DNA of 64,000 bases from NCBI GenBank assembly GCA_050084515.1, contig CM114271.1, positions 17,980,001-18,044,000 on the forward strand. Direction: 5' to 3'. This DNA is from Blasia pusilla (taxonomy: Eukaryota). The notes under the pieces were generated by a model. That model made no database searches and had not been told where the DNA came from. It saw only the letters and a program-made list of their open reading frames with translations. Every line of letters begins with the position of its first letter. Within the stretch, counting starts at the first letter, position 1. Below are positions 13,188 to 26,000 of this stretch, one piece after another. The translations under genes and the position numbers were made by a program.

Positions 13188-16100
13188 TCAGACTATTGGC
13201 AACTCCCTGCTCTCAACAAATCCATGACCGTCAATAATTATGACATCGTCATAGACATGGACGAATGCATGCGCTTCCGTCTCCGGAGGCGCCTCCAGAA
13301 TTCCTTGCAGCGTAACGAAATGTTGATTTCCGGACCTCGCGTAACCTCCCAAGTGATAGTGACCTAATTCACCCGGCCATGAAAAACAAATCAATGAAAA
13401 TCCTGCCAGTGACCCTGAAATCCAGATCGAATCCATAGACGCCGCCTTGGATTCAAGAAAAATCCAAAACCGGAATAAATCGTGACCCTGAACTACACAA
13501 TAAGCTGGAACTCATAGACACCGCCTTGGATTCAAGGAGGAATAAGAGAGGCGGGTAAAATAATGAGAACTCAAAGAGCCATGAAGTCTTACCGCAAAGA
13601 AACAGCGCCACGGATGAACTCTCAAGCAGCATGGATAGAATCTGCGAGGGAAGAATCCGAGGAGCGAACAGCTTCAAAATTGGTGTGTAACGAGCCTAGT
13701 CGAGGTTTTACCATGACAATTGATGAACGACATTGGGAAGACAACGAGTGAGAAGAATCAACGGACATTAGCTTTGAAGTGTCCTCAATTCATCGATCTT
13801 CTGGAGTAGAGAGACAGCACTAGACTCAGATAGCAAGTAGGTGGGAATCTGCATCACAAGAGACAGGCTGACCTCTTCATGATTCCACATGAGGTGTGTA
13901 CGGGGCGCTGCTCCGGCCAAGAGCGGATGATGAGCTGCTACGATCAGCTTCGTTTCATTCCTGCAGTGGCACTCCAAATTGAATGAGTACTTCAAATCGA
14001 TGCCATACACATTTGCGACAAAGTAGCCGTTCAAGTCGGGCATGGATATTTTTGCAGGGAAGCTCTGTTTCATAAGGAAGGGATGGCCTGGGGCCGTAGA
14101 TCGCTTAGTACACTCAGTCAGTCGCTTAAGGTTTAGTATCAATGGTCTTGTTGATGGATGCAGATGGTGCAGTATCTAATTACCAGTTCCGACGACGAAT
14201 CTTATTGCATCTTCTTCTATAGTAGAAATAGATGGCATCTCTTACTACTCTCAATTCAATCCAAAACGAGTATTGCTGCAATGACGTATTAGCTGAGTCG
14301 TTATGTTCACGTTCTGTTCAGTCATGGGACTCGAACCAACGAAGCATTATGCTATCCCTATGGTGGTGTGCACCAGTGTGGGATTGCAGAAAGATATCAG
14401 CAGATGATGTCTGCTTGCAGAGAAGCTGACGGGAATGAACGCACCGTTCAGCCTCCTGGAGTACGTCGGCAAGCCAGATCTTCTGCTCTGCTCCAATACC
14501 ACCGTTCCATGAAACCATTTGATTACTTCGATCGATTACCAGAGGATGATCTTTTAGAAACTCCAGCGCTTCCTGCACTCACAATCGATGGACCCCACTC
14601 AAAGACCGTCTCCGCCTCATACTCTCAAGGCATTATCTCCGACATTTATGACCATGATTGGAAACTCATGTAAGCTAGATCTTCAGATTCTGATGGCGGG
14701 GAGCGGGCGGTGACATGCCCGCCATTCCTCTCCTCGCATTTTATGGTCCAAGAGGCGGAACTTCTTCCATATAGACAGGAGAAGCCGTAAAATCGAGTCG
14801 GAAGGAGTTTAAATACTGTTGGTGGAGCAAATAATTCTCCTGCACTGCACCTTATACTTTTGAGTCTCAGGAGGCCATTGTATACTCAGATCCATTGAAT
14901 CCAGAACAACCTGCAAGGTCACACTGCACTTTCTTAGTCGGTCTCTTTTGACATGCAATGCCAATTTCAGAGCGGATGAAAATATGGACGGTTCGCAATG
15001 TGATAGGTTAGAAGCAATCCAACCCAGAAATTGACGCAACCGATCGAGAAGCATGACAATCTGAACTCACGCGGTAGTGGTGGTGGCGGCAACATGTTCG
15101 TATAGAACTGCCAGAAGCTCCGCACTTTAGGGTTCAAAAATTCTTTGCACCGTCAATTACTAGATTGCAATGCACGGAGTTTGAACTGTGACTGACCGAT
15201 GACGTATTTGTCTCTGCAATTCACTCTCCAGGTATACCATGACTTGGTCGAAAATGCTACACATGAACCACATGGTATGGGAACGAATCCAACAAAATCT
15301 ATCCTGTGATTCAGAAATACACTCCTCACTGCTTCTAGCTTCTGTCAAGCTCCTACAAACACCGATCCTTCTGCAATTGCTCGTCTGATTTGCGGTACGT
15401 AGAGGAGTTGACTCTAGAAGTTCACAAGGAACCGAGCGCGTCGAGTTACAGAATGATTCGGCAATCCATCTGATCTTTATGGACAGGAGAGGGTGAAATT
15501 TCTCTTACCAGCGCCCACCCGGGCTGGATGTCTACACGATAGTAACGCGCGGGCATCCCCAATTTCTTCATCACAGTCTCTCGCGGCAAATTCAGGCAGT
15601 GGTTGCCGAGCAGATGATGAGCTTGCAGTCCGAGCTGCAATTGCAATGAGCCCCCTTAGCACACAATCTGTCGAGCTAAGCACGAGGCAGATCGCGTTGC
15701 GATGTTTGCCTGAACTTGAAGAAGGGGAATAGATGAGGGGGGCTGCTTCACATTCATCTGATGCGAGACTTGTGTGGACAGACTAGTTAAACGAATCATG
15801 CGCACACGAAGACTGAAGAGAGAGCACACCTTTTCCAAGCAATTCAGCACTACAGCGAAATCCGCTGATGTCTCCTCAACGGAGATATTTCCATCGATAA
15901 TGTCTCCCAGAGTAAGAACAAATCTGCCAACAACAGATGGAAAAATGGAAGAGACAGGAACCAACGCATCCATCCATCAGTAGAGGGTAGACTTGCTCAT
16001 TACAGGGATCTGTTGATTGCTGAAAAAGGAGGCAGGCAATCGACACATCCAACGCATGAAATCCTGTGCGTTTCTTCGAGTATGATGTGCTCACGATAAG

Positions 16101-16864
16101 TTTTGCTTGTCTGTATTGAAGGCCTGTATCGCTCTCTCAAGCTTTCCTGTCGCTTCTCTGTACCGACAAGTTCGTCCTTCGTCATCTGCAAAACAGCAGC
16201 TGTTATGTCCACACGCCCCACTCTGGACCACTGCATTCATCTCCCTGGCTGCGATTCAAACCGGCCTACAATCTCCATAGCTCTGTTCAGTGAGTTCTGA
16301 TGACTACGAGGGAATTTGTTCGTCTCTTCAGATTCATTGTCCATGAAAATTTCTACCGACTCTTCCAGAACAACAACAGATCTTATGTACTTCATTTGTC
16401 GGTAGACCATTGTCTTCCTGCAGGAAACATACGGTCCGGCATTTGCGCAGCCATGTTTTTTTCAGAACTGTCACCGTAAACTTTGAAGCTGACATTCATC
16501 ACCCGAGATTTTCTTGAGCGCACGATGTTCTCCATTCTAAGAGAACGAAAATGTCTTTTCCAGAATTGTTTCCACACTGCTTCTGAAAGGAGGACCGCTT
16601 GAAACTGTCCAAGCACAGGTGCGCTCAGCGGGATCATAGCAACGAGAGTAGACTCCGGAGCAGGTTTCAGTTCGCAATTCTCCATTGGCATCGCATGAAT
16701 TGCAACTCCAAAAATCCTGGCGAACGTGCAATTCACGCGGACAGTCAGGGTTCGACAGATGAGCGGAGGAACGTACCAGGTCCTTTATCGTCTTTGTCTG
16801 CGTATTGAATATCTGCCACCACTCCAAAAGTAAAGAGTGGCTTCAGATTCCTCATTTCGCTCAT
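13188..16864 (-). CDS. ADPRM: Mn-dependent ADP-ribose/CDP-alcohol diphosphatase (metallophosphoesterase), 9 coding exons
   Basis: GT-AG exons in compatible phase: 16864-16777, 16185-16095, 15923-15830, 15634-15509, 14910-14851, 14572-14445, 13960-13873, 13641-13593, 13363-13188. Motifs PLFTFGVVADIQYAD, LGDIIDG, LGNHC, WNGGIG, AHHP, CGHYH, LEAPP. The frame is open upstream to 17164, so the start may lie further 5'. Confidence 0.9.
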
Positions 16865-19800
16865 TCCTCCCACCCTTACCCTCTCAGCGGCGATGGTCAA
16901 CTGCAGATCGCCACCGCTTCTTCCTTGCAAGCACAGTGGAAGAGCGACGGTCCTCTCCCCGCCGCGCACATCTTTGATGCCGAAGAAGAAGGACTTCAGC
17001 AGAAGCCAAACGCTGCTCCTCTGCCTCTCCTCTGCCGCCTGACGTCCACAGCAGCGCAAAGACCAACGGCTCCTGTATTTCAAGAGATCAATCGACGCTA
17101 CGACTGCATGTGACATACTTTCGTCCTCGCTTCTGCCCCACCACCACCACCACCACTCGTACATTCCTCTTTCTTATTCGGACATCCTCAAGAATATGCC
17201 AACAAGCTCCATGTTGAGAGATCGCACCAAAACCTTGCGGAGCAGGCCTGATCCGTGCTCCACCAGGAGAAGGTTACGCCGTCGTCTCGCGACCACCGAA
17301 TGCTCGCAGCTCGCGGCCGTATGAATGATTGTTAACACTACATCGCGTGCGCGAGGTCGATGGACGACGACGATGCACAAGACATCAGCCACACATTCCG
17401 AGGAGAACCGGGAGGGAAGACAGTAACGCTTTCGTCCCTGTTTTCTTTGGTTCATGGCGAATGTTGGCCTGCACTTCTCTGCGCGTCTCTGGATTCGGAG
17501 CCTCGGGTTTTCAGCGACGATCGATCCGCCTTCTCCAACAGCTCGTGCCTGAAAATTGACGAATATGGGAGTTACGAAGGAAGAGGACGACATTTAAACG
17601 GCGGAACACGGAACTACTTGAATTCGTATGTGTCGGAACTGTAACGGATGCGTAGCGTCTCAAAGGAGGAAGTCGGGGGAACTTCCCTGAGCGCCCTCAA
17701 AACTTTTACGGGATCTGCTCTAGAGAAGAATCACTTTGATGATGAAGGTAATGGGAGGACTTGAAAGTCCACCCAGAGATTACTTTTTCTTTTATTTAAA
17801 CTACTGAAATGAATTATCAAAATTATTTTTCATATTTTTTTTGCGTTTTTTTAATCTTCCACATATGAATTTTAATTTCTATTATTAAGAGAAGATGGGA
17901 TTAGAGAAATCTTATTTTATTGTAAACTAACCTTTCGATCCTCAAGCAATTAGCTTTTCCCCTAAATCTTCTTCAAAATCTTAATCTGTAATTTTTTTAA
18001 TTTAACTAAAACTATACTCCCAAAATTTCTCCTTTCTTGTTTTGGGAAAAGAAAAAATCCTCATTATGCCCTACTCAAAATCCTTATTTTTGAAAGGAAA
18101 AGCCCTCTCTTCATCCTTCACAAATACTCTCTTAATGACTCACTTTTGTTTTCGTTATACATGGACTTGCATCGAGGAGTATGAATTTTTTTTAACTTTC
18201 TTTGTAAGGATTTATTTTGAAGCCATTGATATGGTGAGTGAGCTCATAGTCATGAACATGCACTTTTGCTTAATACAATAGATTTGTGAAGATATAAAAT
18301 GAAATTCAGTATTTTCTCTATCTTTTTTTTAGCAATTGTGCAATCATCGCTTGCCAATTTCTAGTGACATTCATAGGAAAGACTTCCAACAAAGGACATA
18401 AAGAAAAAGGAGGCCTGTCACCTATAGATAAATTTTCATTTCTTAGGAGCTAATGAAATTAGTTTGGTCCATGGCAAGGAGTGAGGAAATATATGATATA
18501 CTCTTTGGATAAAAGAGGATGGGAGAACCCATCAACTAAGACTAAATACCAAAAACTAGGTCTAAAAAAACCACTAAAATTAGGGAAAGAAGAACATAGA
18601 AATCCTCATGAACTAATTTCACAAAAAAATAGCAACTAAAATCATGAAGCCTTCTATTTATACGCATTTTCTTTCCCTCCATAAGTCCTCTAAAGTGTTC
18701 CTCATGCCAGCAAGTGGACCCGAACCCTCTCACATACAATCTTCAACTACTCCCTCTTAAGTTGTACACATTTGCCCATGGAAGAGATTTTCATTAAGAA
18801 CATAGAACCTAATATCCTACATAACATTGTGAGTGGAAATCCTCAGTCCATATTGGACACCATTGTAAATACACCCAAGGTAAGCTTTATCAATAATGAA
18901 TATATATTTAGAAAGATATTTTCATAGAATTATTTTTAACAAGGAAAATTTTCAAGGTATGACTTGGGCCCATATCCCAATGTTATCCTATGGTCCAAAG
19001 TTTCATACCAATCACAAACACTCTCTCATCTCCCTTAAGGACCAACTCCATATAAATGGACATGCCTTGCCATGGTCACCCAAAGCATAATATGTCAATT
19101 TGACTAGAAGTGTGAGGATATCATACTCCCTACACCTCATATTAAGTGATATAAGCCTACATAGCCCTATGCTTACCTATACAAAACATTGAGGCCTTAT
19201 TCCTCAAAGTGTTATTCTTCACGTAGTTGAGTTGACCCAAAATTTAATATCACTAACAAAGCAAATTTGTAACATTATCATAGAGACACAAGGCTTCGCC
19301 TCTAAAGTCAAATGTCCACCTCCACATACTTTCAAGTCACCATCTATATTACTAAGGCAATATGAGTCTTCACGCAAGAGGAAACATTTCTTGGGTTCAA
19401 GTTTTCTATGGTCCAATAAGATTTTTGTTTCTTCTTTACTTTTGAGAATATTTCATGAAATTTTTACAAGTGGATCACAAGTGTATGCATGTACTAGTTT
19501 AAATAGACAAATTGTTATCATTGAAAACCTAATATGTCAAGAGGATGTGAAAGTAATCTCGATCTAATTCCATTAGTCATGATAGAAGATAAACTCAGAT
19601 TTTTTGCCTCTTGTTCTAAAGAGGTCTTATATCGGATTTACTAACATGACTATTATCACCATGATTAGGAAAAAAAATTAAGTGAGAAAGACAACCACTG
19701 GGCTTCAACCCATTCTAGACAACTGTCATCAATCATAATTGCTACAAGAATTAGCAAAAAAATGCAAATAGAAAAATCTCACGAACTAATTTTGATGTAC

Positions 19801-20465
19801 CAAAATCCAATATTGTCTTCCCTTGGCTCAAGCTATTGAAGTTTAATCCATAGACTAAAACTTCAAACTGGATTAGCAAATACTTCTAAGAGAGTAACAA
19901 AGCGATCCTTGCCAATCGGTTAACATAAGATCTCAACACTCCAAGCGTTGTCATCTTGATGGTCTCACTCAACACTACCTCCACCACTCAAAATGAGATC
20001 ATTCACAAAGACCAACATACACTTTGCACAAAGCAACTTGTCTCTTCATAGACCTATGTTGAGTTTCAACACCCAATCTTGATCTACCATTGTCACATTC
20101 AAGGTTGATCTCAAACAAGCACATCAATTGCAATCAAAACTCTCTCAATCTATCAACGCCACATGAAATTCAAATGTGGTGAGAAGAAGTCCAACTCTCT
20201 ACTCAATATGAAAGCAAACAATCAAACGGATCCTACTCTTATCCTCCTAACATCAATCAACCTCAATAGACCTAACAAAATACACCACCACCAATGAGCA
20301 ATATCATCCCCTCTTTGAAGGTAGTAGGACATCGTATGGCAACATGTAATGTAATATGTAAAATTGAGAAGATATGAGGTTATTTGGTTAGTTCACCTTA
20401 TGATCCAATATCGTTGTTAAGATTGGTCACAAGACCTAATAAGGCTATTCATGCTAGACTCCTTG

Positions 20466-21742
20466 TGTCGTGACCCTTGTAACCAAACAACACCAAATAG
20501 GCGCCAAGCGGAACATCAGAACTAAAGTGGACTCACGCTGTGATGATCGCGCTTTGGAGAGGCTTTTGGAAAGGTCTCTCAGAAAAGTCCAAGAGACGAA
20601 ACGCGGAACAGAGTTGTGCGTTTCATACATTAGTGGTCGCAACCAGGAAACCTAGACCAAACGCGAGCCAAGACTTTAGATGAGTTGAGTCTTGGAAGGT
20701 TGGTTGCCAAAGAGGTGAAAACCAGTTTTGGAACACGACTAGCGTTTGGGGAATTTGATTGTGATTTGGACCATAACGTTTATCCCCAAGATGAGTTTGG
20801 GACAAATAAGGGCGCGTTGGAAAGCTTATCTTGAGACGCTTCCAACGCACTAAAGATCTTAGAACATGCATAAGTACAGACTGAGATATTGGCCGAAAAC
20901 GACTATGAGATCAATCGGGTTGAGGGCCAATTGGAGAGGCTCGGGTGTCTTTCCCTAAATGTAGGGAACCCCGGAGATCCCCAGAAGTACTAGGAAGGGA
21001 GGAGTCTCTCCAAGATGTCTTGGAACACGAATCCCCCCTTTGATCACCAAACAACATCTTAGAAGCACGTGATGGAACGGGAGTGTGGCGTTGGAACTCG
21101 AAGCCCAAACCTGATCCAAGGGAGTGGACTTTGTACGCCACACTTGGATTTCAACCCAAGATTCACTTTGTGCGAGTCTCGGTTAGGGAATCATTGGATG
21201 TCCATCGGACAGTTGGAACCGCCAGGCGCGAAACGCCCTTTGAGGTTCCTGAACCGACCAGAAAGTCTGTCCAAAGTCTTTCGAGACTTGCCCGTGTTGT
21301 AAAGCGCGAAACAAGGAAGGTTGAGCTTGATGAGAGACCGAGACGAGAACTTGGAAAGTTAGCCCGCTGATTGATCCAAGACCCGACTAACCAGAGTGCG
21401 TGTTTGGATGCAGATTAACGTTGAGAACGTGACCTACTGAACGCACACTTCCGTAACAACAAAGATTAACATTCAAGGAGAGTAGGCGCACGACACGTGG
21501 TATCAGAGCAAATCCTTGATGAGCGTGAACTTGGGGTCGTAGAAGATAGGTAGGTGGAAGACCGCGACGCTCGCGGAGGAACTCAAGAGACGAGGACTCG
21601 GAAAGTTAGCCCGCTGATTGATCCAAGACCCGACTAACCAGAGTGTGTGTTTGGATGTTGATCAGCGTTGAGAGCGTGACCTACTGAACGCACGCTTCCG
21701 CAACAACAAAGATTAACGTTCAAGGAGAGTAGGCGCACGACA
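20466..21742 (+). mobile_element. Internally deleted conventional LTR retrotransposon (complete 5' LTR, PBS, ~80 bp internal, last ~155 bp of 3' LTR)
   Basis: 5' LTR 20466-21495 (TGTCGTG...CACGACA). 21587-21742 repeats the LTR 3' end. 5-bp TSD CCTTG at 20461-20465 and 21743-21747. Confidence 0.85.
21498..21509 (+). promoter_or_regulatory. Primer-binding site, initiator tRNA-Met type
   Basis: TGGTATCAGAGC, 2 nt after the LTR-terminal CA. Confidence 0.85.
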
Positions 21743-23038
21743 CCTTGACTCTACCCACAAGTACTAAGGGGGGGAATGACTTATGTTGAAAAACACTTAA
21801 CATGTTTGTAGTTATGTATTGCCGCCTATTTTCCCTACTGCACTAAGTCAAGATATAGTTCATGCAACTATATCTTCAAGCTTACCCAAAATAGTCGCCC
21901 TTGATTTTCATGCGCGATGCAATGCTCATGTGTTGTGGGATGTATTGCATTCTCACTAAGTTACACACAAACCCTAAGTCACAACCAAAACCAAAGTCAC
22001 CCATGATCAGAGAAGTCACTATTTACTTGTTGGCCATTGGGGCAACTTCTTTACTTGCTAAGACTCTTCAAACAAGATTACACTAGAAAATAATTGAATC
22101 AAAGTTCCCCAACTTTATCATGACCCCTACCAACCAACTACCTACCACAAAGGAGATAGAGAGTTTCAACAAACTTTCATATGATGACCAACAAGGGGCA
22201 CTATGGATTTACTACAACAGATTGGTTGTAGTGTTTGAGTCACATCAGGTTGTTAGCTTGGAGTTCCCACCCAATTTGAGTACATTATGGAGTAGAGAGT
22301 TTGATATGGTATTGGACCATTAAGATTGAAGGTCGTCAACTCTATCTCAACCCAACACACAAGTGCATGAGTGTGGTAGAGAACTTCTAAGGTGATCCCA
22401 AGCTAGGGCTTAGCCTCTAGTTAGCAACTAGTTTACTCTTTATGTTCAACCATACTTCGAGACCTCATTGCCTCATTACCAATACCAATGTTGATTTGAC
22501 ACCATAGTTCTATAATGCTGACAGAACTCAGCACATCACCAACTATGAGCTAATTCTCACTATACTGGTATTTTCTCATTGAAACTCATTTTCTTATGAC
22601 ATCATAAGAGACTGAAAAACTTTTCCTGTCTTCCTGGCATTTGTTGACATTTGGCATCTCGTAATCTCAACAAGTGCTTGAAAACCAATGGCTTGGTAAT
22701 CTGGGGGAGAGTCATGAGTTTGCATGAGCAGTTTATTCATGGAAGACTCCGTAAATTGGTACGAAAAACTCCCAGCACAAAAGCTGATGAGTTGAATGGG
22801 TTCTCCGTATCTGATTCCCAAAGATTTTTAAATGTACACAAGCGATACACTAGTTACACCAATGTTTTTAATCTTTAGCCATCACAGCATATGCACAATT
22901 TCTATGGCTAACTCGGACCACAAGGTACTGGAGGACCCGCTTCTCAACGTTTCTGATGGATTTTAGAATTACAGGTGCACAGGCTGACTAAGATACAATG
23001 ATGATACAATAATGTAGTCAATTTGGCTGCTCCTCTCC

Positions 23039-26000
23039 TCAATTGGCAGATGTAGGTGCTTGCTGCATCACGGATTTGGCGTTTTCACTTCTTAACTTTG
23101 TTATATTTGAGTAAATACTCTTAAAAAATCTTGTCAAAGCATCCCGCCACTCCCATGACCAGACTGGATCATTCAAGGCTCTGGCTGAGTTGACACAAAC
23201 CAGCAATGTACCACCTTCATGAAGGAGTACCTGCAACAAGCCATCAAACCGCATTCATTACACTGTTTCAAGTTAACTTCAAAATCGGGATGGGTCTTTT
23301 TTCTTTTCAAATGTCTTTCTTCTTTTCAAAGGCTTTGTGGAAGAGCTAGTCAGGCAGCTCTCATATCTGCCAACCTATTCAGTGACTATTGGGCGTGATC
23401 TTGCATAGAATCTCATTTGAAAGGAAGATAAAGTACAGTGCAAAGCAAGTTGGTCAACAGTATATTCTGTTGCAAGTAGATGAAAATTTGTGGCATGGAA
23501 GGTCGTGCATACCGTTAACCATAGAGGCAAGAAACCCATGACTGACGGAAGACTTGCCATGAATATGCATGACAGGGCAAGTGCCACACTCTGTTCCACC
23601 TGTGAAACAAGCAATTTTCAGATTCAGAAAGTCTCTTCTTGGAGTTTGCAATGCGGCGGATGATCAAGACTTCCAAATTAAGTGGACAGACATAAACCAA
23701 AGAGTCTGACGTAAGCCAAATCTGATAGACAGGAAAGGTCGCTCACAATAGAGGTGGTCTGTCGGGCCTTTGCAATCACAAAAGAGACACCATCTATTGC
23801 ATCTTGTAGCAGAAGAACATCGGCCACTGCTATTGCAGTTCCACTAGCTCGCTTTGCAAGAACGATTCCCACTGTTGCCGCGGCCAGTGCAGGAGCATCA
23901 TTGATCCCATCCCCAACCATGATCAAACCTGCCCTCTTTTTGACTGCCAGAGACAATAGACGTAATGAAATCAATATTCCTCCTCCAATAACGCTGCTCA
24001 AGCCATTGCATGGAGTACAACAACTCTACTTTAGAAAATACCACGAACGGATGCAAATTCTACATGAACATAGATAGCAACACACATTAAAGACTATCTC
24101 ACAGGTAGTTCCATTTGCATCTGCTGTTTCTTTCATATATCAGATAAAAAACTCTGCCGATTCAGAGCCTAATATTTTTTTCCCGGAGCTCCTTCAGCTA
24201 GAACTGTGCAGTAATATAAAGAGTTAATTTAGAATTTCACCTTTCTGGCGGGCCAGTGTCTTCACTTGATGAAGCTTGTCTTCAGGTTTAAGCCGAGAAT
24301 AGACTTCATCAATACCAACTGCATCTGCTACTCTTTGTGCACTAGCAGCATGATCTCCAGTGAGCATCACCACACGCAGCCCAGCATCCTTTTTCAAAAT
24401 TTTGATGACTTTCGTAGCTTGTGGTCTTAATTTGTCTTCAAAGTGAAACAGAGTGATCTACAACAAATGTGATTACGCCACAATAGGTAATTTGCCCAAA
24501 GTCGCCAAGAAGACAAAAGCCCAAATACTGCTGTCCGCATAAGTTTCTCCTATTGAAGAAATCAAGAGAGCCACAAAAAAGAGGCTCAGAGATGCCTAGT
24601 CTATAGTAGCTGCACAGAACAGAAAGTCATTTGTCACCTTGTTGTTAATTGAAAGGGCAGCCTGCACAAGCTCACTCCCAAACACTGAAGATCTTGCTGC
24701 CTCTCTAATCATTTTTGACTCGTACGGACTGTTGGAAGAAGAGGCAACATACTCCAGCGATCCCAGAAGTGCTTTGGAAAGACTTCCCTCTCTTGCCTGT
24801 TACAATTCGGACAAAAAAATCATTTCTTATAAGGGCTACCTAGAGGTTTGCACATGCAACTTTCACTGTGCGCTTCCATACCTTCAGTTGAAGGAAGGAT
24901 ATGGGTGCTTTTGTGCATAAACACTCAGCAGTTCCAAAACTACTGCAATGGAGGCTTAGTACAGATACATAAACTCAGTCTGAATATTCCCATCAAAACT
25001 TGACTGGTTTGTGGTGTGAACTTAATATACCTCTAATTGCACAACACTGGCAACCACGCCTTCACCCGGTATGGCATGAAAGTTTTCAACAAGAATACTT
25101 GGAAGCATCTTTCCTGCACTAAATTCCACAACTGCCCTGAAACACAAATCAGCTTGTAAGGTTAGGACATGAAAACACACATTGCATTCGTTATCAGAAC
25201 CAAAGAGCATCACTGTAAGAAACATTTCCATTCAATCAATCATACAACCCAAACTTAGATTTGAAGGTCAATCACCGTGCAATGGGATGTGTTGCACCAC
25301 GCTCCATAGCAGCAGCTACAGCTAAGGCCTCCATCTCACAGCTAGGACTACAGCAGGCATGAGCATTGGAACCTTTCTCTTCTTCACAATGTCCACGAAG
25401 TGGCTCAATTGCTTTACAGACCAAGTCACCAGTGGTTAACGTGCCTGTCTTGTCAAATGCTACCACATCACAAACTGCCAGAGCATCAAGTGCTTCACCT
25501 CCTTTCAGAAGGATTCCCTGCAAATCGACAATGCAGAGTATGACCATCGCATCCAGTGGTCCATACCTGGTGGTGGCGACTTTGGGCTCAAGAGTGTGCC
25601 ATCCAAGAAAAAAAATCCCCCATTCAAGATGCCTTGTTTATCAGTGTCTAAAGAGGGCAAATCACATTCAGTTTTGTAAATGATCTCTATAGTGCCAGTA
25701 GTTCTACTGCAACATTCACACTAACCTTATTTGCACAAGAACTAATGGCAGCAGAATATGCCAAAGGAGCCACTGCCAATGCACATGGTGAAGCAGCTAC
25801 CATTAAGCCTAGAGCTCTATACACAGAACCTCGAACACCTGCAGCTCAATATAATCAAAGGAATTAGTTTTCACGTGCTAGCAGACATACAGAAGTGCCA
25901 CCCATTCAAAGACATCCTCCAACCCTTTGCATGTGTTCAGATGCCAAGAATTAGTCCCAGTACTGATTACTTTATCAGAGAAGCACTGTGGTACATTTTC

